Source: a virus
Taxonomy: Duplodnaviria > Caudoviricetes
Strand: one strand, 5' to 3'
DNA length: 59,551 nucleotides
Virus record (IMG/VR): IMGVR_UViG_3300010234_000012
Span: 1-59,551 of that record
Position 1 is the first letter of the stretch. Each line of letters opens with the position of its first letter. A program made the translations under genes and the position numbers. Below the pieces are notes generated by a model, which was given only the letters and a program-made list of their open reading frames with translations, did no database searches and had not been told where the DNA came from. Of this stretch, positions 55,116 through 59,551 are shown in pieces.

Positions 55116-55261
55116 AGCCCTACCCGGCGACGCTGCGGATTATACAGCGGGGGCAGTACCAAGGTATACGTGCCATTCCTATCTCAAGGAACCAGCATGT
55201 GATCTTGCCTTATAACCGCACAGGAACCTACCACCTTGCGTGTGTCTTGGTACTGCGGGCT
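55116..55261 (+). ncRNA. Candidate structured RNA (three-way junction with 18-bp stem)
   Basis: Intergenic; GCAGTACCAAGGTATACG pairs with CGTGTGTCTTGGTACTGC; AGCCC/GGGCT closing stem. Confidence 0.65.
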
Positions 55262-55290
55262 CCTTTAACTATTAAACCTAGGAGACTAAC

Positions 55291-55503
55291 ATGAAGCTAC
55301 GATTTGCAGGGAAATGTGATGATTTGTTCGATGCCTCTATTATCAATGAAGAGGGAAAGGAAGTTAGTTTTTATGAAGGTTACCCCTTAGATTGCCTCGG
55401 TGATTGGGGTATGCTAAGTTTAACCATTGATATTAAAACAGGCAAGGTTGTTGGGTGGGAAGGTTTATCCACAGCAGATCTAAAGAGATTCTTAGGAGAC
55501 TAA
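55291..55503 (+). CDS. Hypothetical phage protein
   Basis: AGGAG RBS; flanked by 16-nt direct repeat. Confidence 0.75.
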   Translation: MKLRFAGKCDDLFDASIINEEGKEVSFYEGYPLDCLGDWGMLSLTIDIKTGKVVGWEGLSTADLKRFLGD

Positions 55504-55504
55504 C

Positions 55505-55849
55505 ATGATCGACTTAACTAATATGAGTATGCAGGAAATGTTCGACCGTATGTGCTACGGCCTGAAGTCACAGGACTGGGAGCCTTGTATGACAACTACT
55601 GGTATATGTGTATATGATGGTCCGAATAATACACACTGCGCAATTGGTTGGTTAGCACCAGGGCAATTAGGAGAAACTCGTAAAAGCTTTCATACCTTAG
55701 ACTTTGAAGGGGAGATTAGCACTAACCCTGATTTTAGGGATTTTTTGATGGAGGCTCAAAATAATCATGATATTAACTATGACTTCATGAGAAAGAACTT
55801 TAAACACCTTGCCACAAAGTATGATCTCAAGTGGCCCTTTAACGACTAG
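55505..55849 (+). CDS. Hypothetical phage protein
   Basis: C.Y......CAIG.L ...Q..HD pattern. Confidence 0.75.
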   Translation: MIDLTNMSMQEMFDRMCYGLKSQDWEPCMTTTGICVYDGPNNTHCAIGWLAPGQLGETRKSFHTLDFEGEISTNPDFRDFLMEAQNNHDINYDFMRKNFKHLATKYDLKWPFND

Positions 55850-55859
55850 GAGGCAAGCG

Positions 55860-56240
55860 ATGCTGAGTGATAAGGGATTAGAAAGATGTCCTAACTGTAA
55901 TACAACAGAGCCTCCAGAGTACAAGCATTTAGCTGGCGACCTTAAATTAGTATGCCTTTGTGGCTTTAGTACTCCTTGGTACCCTGTTACATGGAACAAC
56001 AAAAACGATGGCTTTGAATTGTGTGAAGAATGGTGGAATAAGCAATTTAATAAAGAGGCCGAAATAGCTCTGCTGTGCTCAAGGCTAAAGGCGGCGGATC
56101 GGTTGGCTGAAGCTTCTCGTTCCTACTTAAAAAGCAGAGAGCTACTGAGTGATCAAAAAGAAGTAGACTGGGATTTATTTGACGATTGGTGTGTGGCCCT
56201 CGAAGCATACCGCAAGGCGAAGGAGGGGAGTGATGCTTAA
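55860..56240 (+). CDS. Mosaic protein with Lar-like zinc finger, paralogue of 7574-7921
   Basis: CPNC...CLCG...WN plus shared constant blocks. Confidence 0.75.
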   Translation: MLSDKGLERCPNCNTTEPPEYKHLAGDLKLVCLCGFSTPWYPVTWNNKNDGFELCEEWWNKQFNKEAEIALLCSRLKAADRLAEASRSYLKSRELLSDQKEVDWDLFDDWCVALEAYRKAKEGSDA

Positions 56241-56682
56241 ACCTGGAGATGTATTCCGGCATGAGGATGAGAACGAAACCCTTGTGGTAGTATCAATGGG
56301 TGATGAGTTAAGGTATATGTGGTTGGAAGGTGGCGAAACAGGTTGGTTTTTCCGAGTAGCCGCAGCTGCTGCATTTGATCCTGACAATACTACAGTATTC
56401 GAGGATTACAATTATCTCGGCAACCTAAAGGATCTCAACCTTACCATCAACCCAACTCCGAGAGAGTATCAACCTGGAGATCGTGTTGTATTGAGAGATG
56501 ATTTAGTTCGAGGTGAGAATTATTCTCATACAGAAGGAGGGAGAGACGGCTATGTAACAGGAATGGCCTTCCCTGGGAGCACCGTGACACTAAGGAGTAA
56601 TGATTCGGTGGGATGGCGTATTGTAGGAGAGGGTTACCATTACCCAGATTCAATGTTCCTTAAACTAGCTGAAGGAGACTAA
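56233..56682 (+). CDS. Hypothetical protein (GD...YLGNL family)
   Basis: Strong RBS; PGDVF...YLGNLKDL. Confidence 0.7.
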   Translation: MLKPGDVFRHEDENETLVVVSMGDELRYMWLEGGETGWFFRVAAAAAFDPDNTTVFEDYNYLGNLKDLNLTINPTPREYQPGDRVVLRDDLVRGENYSHTEGGRDGYVTGMAFPGSTVTLRSNDSVGWRIVGEGYHYPDSMFLKLAEGD

Positions 56683-56683
56683 C

Positions 56684-56878
56684 ATGGATCAACAGTATAT
56701 GGCTCTGCGAATCATTCAAATGCGTAAGTGGCGGAATGCTCGACTACAGGATCTCGTTGCTGTTTGCCTAGCCGGTGAACTACACCTCAAATGGAGTGAA
56801 GTAACTAACCTAAATATCAACCAATGGCGTGAACTTCAACAGGAGGCCAACAATGATCAACTTATTACAACTCGGTAG
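56684..56878 (+). CDS. Hypothetical protein
   Basis: AGGAG RBS. Confidence 0.65.
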   Translation: MDQQYMALRIIQMRKWRNARLQDLVAVCLAGELHLKWSEVTNLNINQWRELQQEANNDQLITTR

Positions 56879-57239
56879 CTGCCTAATTGTATCAGCCGAA
56901 CTTCGCAGTGAGTTTGCCAAAGATAACCGGCACCGTACAGTGCTGATGGCGAACCGCTTGACAGAACTGGGTGTACCATTTATGATGGTGGTCGGTGCTT
57001 ATCAAGAAGTTGAAGAAACCAGCTTTGTTGTGCCTTTATCGGCTACTAAGACAGTGGCAACATTAGCCAAGAGCTTCGGACAAGAGAGTTATTTGGAGAT
57101 CTCCAATGGCAAAGGTATACTATTCTTCGGAGAGGGTCGGACAGAACCATTAGGGCAGTTAACTTGCGGCAACTCTTATGTTTATAACTCCAACTATACC
57201 TATGATGTGACCAACGGTGTATACTATACATTCAGTTAG
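56853..57239 (+). CDS. S-adenosylmethionine lyase (T3 SAMase-like)
   Basis: IVSA......N..R...M...L; GAYQE.EE.SFVV; LA..FGQESYL resemble T3 gp0.3 motifs as I recall them. Confidence 0.7.
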   Translation: MINLLQLGSCLIVSAELRSEFAKDNRHRTVLMANRLTELGVPFMMVVGAYQEVEETSFVVPLSATKTVATLAKSFGQESYLEISNGKGILFFGEGRTEPLGQLTCGNSYVYNSNYTYDVTNGVYYTFS

Positions 57240-57321
57240 GAGTATCTAATGCTTGAGATTAATTTATTCCTTATCTTTGCCATATGCTGTGGCATATCAC
57301 TAGTCATAATGGAGGGTTAGT

Positions 57322-57558
57322 ATGGAAGCTGGAGATATTTATAAGGCACAGGGCATGTATGTTATGATGTCTAAAGGATTTGATTCAGATAAATGGGTTA
57401 TTACTATAATAGCTGGAGAACACGCTGGTAAGCTTGATGCTTATGGAGGTAACTACCTGATTGAAGGAGCTGACCACGTTCATATCCTACGCTACTTAGA
57501 AACCGCAACCTACATCGGTCACATCTCAGAACTGGAGTTCGATCATGTCACATCATAA
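57322..57558 (+). CDS. Hypothetical protein (GD...YLGNL family)
   Basis: MEAGDIYK...YIGHISELE. Confidence 0.7.
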   Translation: MEAGDIYKAQGMYVMMSKGFDSDKWVITIIAGEHAGKLDAYGGNYLIEGADHVHILRYLETATYIGHISELEFDHVTS

Positions 57559-57862
57559 CTACCGAGTCCTTAACCAGAGGCTCGACGGTAACCAACTGCA
57601 ATTCCTTGACATTGAGGTAGAGCTGGGTGAATTCCTCTGCCAATACCAACTGCTGCCCGGTGGCTTCAAATACTATGGAGCGCACAAACCAAAGGACTCT
57701 GGCGTAGAAGGCAACAGACTGTACCAAGCCTTATCAGGACTACCTTTGGATGACCCTAACCGACCAGACCATATACCATATGATCACATCCCGGTATTGA
57801 TGGACATATGGAACGAACAGGTCGAGATCTTCCAACGAGCTACAAAGGAGCGCAAGCAATGA
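57545..57862 (+). CDS. Hypothetical protein
   Basis: GGAG RBS, coupled. Confidence 0.7.
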   Translation: MSHHNYRVLNQRLDGNQLQFLDIEVELGEFLCQYQLLPGGFKYYGAHKPKDSGVEGNRLYQALSGLPLDDPNRPDHIPYDHIPVLMDIWNEQVEIFQRATKERKQ

Positions 57863-58080
57863 GAGCTGGAGATATATGGAAAAGTCGCTATGGCACTAAA
57901 TGGTTAGTTATAATGAGAATGGAGGGTGACTTTGGTATTGTAACATTAAGTGGTAGCTCTTTTTGTACTTTGGACGTATGGCAAAACGAATGGGACACAG
58001 CAGAAGTCCTTCGGCCTTTTCTACAAAGAAACGCAATCTATCTAGGTAACCTATCAGAATTGGAGATACAATATGCCTGA
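57859..58080 (+). CDS. Hypothetical protein (GD...YLGNL family)
   Basis: MRAGDIWK...YLGNLSELE. Confidence 0.7.
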   Translation: MRAGDIWKSRYGTKWLVIMRMEGDFGIVTLSGSSFCTLDVWQNEWDTAEVLRPFLQRNAIYLGNLSELEIQYA

Positions 58081-59299
58081 TATATTTACGGTACTCGAAC
58101 AAATGGCAGGACGAGCACCATCTCAAGCGACCACTGCCGAACAGGAAACCGGCGAACTGGTCAAGCCCCTTCGCCTTAACATGGAGAGGATTGCTAACGC
58201 CACAAACCCTTATGAACACTTCACTTATGGTTTTGAGCTGGAGACTCAAGCTACTGAAGGTATCACCGAGAGTTCCTTAGCTGACCATCACCACGATGCT
58301 ATGGAAGGTAGAGAGTTTGACGAGGAAGCCTACGAGGAAGCCCTTGCCTCCAAGATAGCGTCCCTTGATGTCGAGGATGCAAAGGAGTATTTCCGAGAAG
58401 CAGAGATAAACGAGGCCCTACTCTCTATGAGCCTCAATTTACCTGAAAGGCTTTGGCTAGTAATCCAATCTGGTATATCTAATTCAATAAAAGGAAGAGA
58501 CGCTGCCGTATCTCTGATACTATCTCAACCAGAACTGCCTGATTGCATTGACATTGATCGAGCCAAGAGACTTAAAGCCAATGAGACTATCGACAAGGAG
58601 AATTACTATAACGAACGCTATTACGACAGTGATTGGGATTGGCTTGCGAGCAAAACCTCCGCTCTCACTGAGGCTGTGGATGACTGTAGTATTGATGGCT
58701 TCGAGTGGCGTACCAATGGTGGCCTCGACCTGCCAACCTTTACCGAGGCAGCGAAAGAGGTGTTTGCCTTAGAACACGACATCGACGAGAGGTGCTCATT
58801 CCATATCCACTGCAAGGGCAACGACATTCGGTCAGCCTACGGCGAACGCTTCCAACTATCCTTGTATGAGTATCTGCTAGATAACATTGACCGAGTACCC
58901 GACTCAGTATTGAGACGATGGCGATACTCTGAAGATGCAGGAGACGAGTGCCGAGACTGTGGCACAGCCTATGAGAATTGTGGATGTGAACCTGCCGAGT
59001 GGGCTCATTTCTTTCCGCCAAGCTTAACCCCAGGCAAGTATTCATTTGTTCATCGACATGACCAAGGCACATGGGAGTTTCGCTGCTTTGGTAACGTCCA
59101 TAACACAGAGGATGCCGTAACCTGTGCTAAACTTGCCGCCGAAGCGATGCAATATGCCTACCAGATTCGACTGGGGCAGCGAGAGCCATTGGTAGCAGTG
59201 GACCAGTGGTCCAAGAGTAAAGCATTCAAGTGTATTACACAGAACATTAAACTATCAGAATACCTAAACCCAACACAGCAACAAGCTCAAGGAGAGTAA
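58073..59299 (+). CDS. Putative amidoligase (COOH-NH2 ligase, Amidoligase_2-like)
   Basis: TYGFELE, D.SI.GFEW, CSFHIH, KY, TWEFRCF; directly upstream of GATase. Confidence 0.8.
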   Translation: MPDIFTVLEQMAGRAPSQATTAEQETGELVKPLRLNMERIANATNPYEHFTYGFELETQATEGITESSLADHHHDAMEGREFDEEAYEEALASKIASLDVEDAKEYFREAEINEALLSMSLNLPERLWLVIQSGISNSIKGRDAAVSLILSQPELPDCIDIDRAKRLKANETIDKENYYNERYYDSDWDWLASKTSALTEAVDDCSIDGFEWRTNGGLDLPTFTEAAKEVFALEHDIDERCSFHIHCKGNDIRSAYGERFQLSLYEYLLDNIDRVPDSVLRRWRYSEDAGDECRDCGTAYENCGCEPAEWAHFFPPSLTPGKYSFVHRHDQGTWEFRCFGNVHNTEDAVTCAKLAAEAMQYAYQIRLGQREPLVAVDQWSKSKAFKCITQNIKLSEYLNPTQQQAQGE

Positions 59300-59302
59300 C
59301 TT

Positions 59303-59551
59303 ATGTGTACTATTTACAGCTTCGATCGTAAGTCCTTTGAGGACAATTGGCAAGAAATTCAAACCACTATTCGAGAGGATGCCCTATACAATTCCGATGG
59401 ATTCTCCCTCATTACAGCCGGCGATACATCCCTCGATGCCACGGTGCTGCGAACCATGAACCTTGAGGCTATCCTCACTCAACTCAACAACGATGATACC
59501 TGGACCAGATTCTGGCTACATCTTCGCATGGCTACCACAGCAGCAGTAGGA
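59303..59551 (+). CDS. Class II glutamine amidotransferase, N-terminal part (continues at 1-598)
   Basis: MCTIY...YNSDGFS...HLRMAT; in frame with ORF 32-598. Confidence 0.85.
   Translation, partial: MCTIYSFDRKSFEDNWQEIQTTIREDALYNSDGFSLITAGDTSLDATVLRTMNLEAILTQLNNDDTWTRFWLHLRMATTAAVG
59497..59551. repeat. Terminal overlap identical to 1-55
   Basis: Exact identity. Confidence 0.97.

Noticed and set aside
1-59551. Stop-codon reassignment or temperate lifestyle
   Set aside because: Core genes are full length in the standard code and all three stops are used; no integrase, ParA or CI-like repressor recognised

Overview
Apparently complete, circularly permuted genome of a lytic podovirus-type dsDNA phage (about 59.5 kb; the first and last 55 nt are identical, consistent with an assembler k-mer overlap). 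There are two transcription arms. The + arm starts at a non-coding hub near 54.0-54.4 kb, wraps through the window end and runs to about 19.05 kb. It carries small early genes, a T3-type SAM-lyase-like protein, an amidoligase plus class II glutamine amidotransferase, an SLT, a DUF5664 protein, a PD-(D/E)xK nuclease, an AAA ATPase, an SSB-like protein, a family A DNA polymerase split in two, PrimPol, RuvC-like resolvase, a SemiSWEET-like protein, a lipoprotein metalloprotease, a DinG-like helicase and a metallophosphoesterase. The - arm runs from about 53.9 kb to 19.0 kb and carries small genes, putative TerS, accessory virion proteins, TerL, portal, scaffold, major capsid, tail fibre, a 2OG-Fe(II) oxygenase, tail adaptor and nozzle, and five internal/ejection proteins. 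I recognised no integrase, RNA polymerase, canonical tRNA or CRISPR array. The most unusual signals are: (1) PolA is broken inside the conserved TGRL...NxQN motif by a 1.7 kb array of small genes that also contains structured RNA candidates; (2) small genes are bracketed by RBS/start-codon direct repeats, and two distant genes share three near-identical DNA blocks around unrelated inserts, suggesting cassette shuffling; (3) the divergence hub holds four sigma54-type boxes and inverted repeats; (4) a compact structured RNA lies in the early operon. All family calls come from motif recognition by eye, not database searches.
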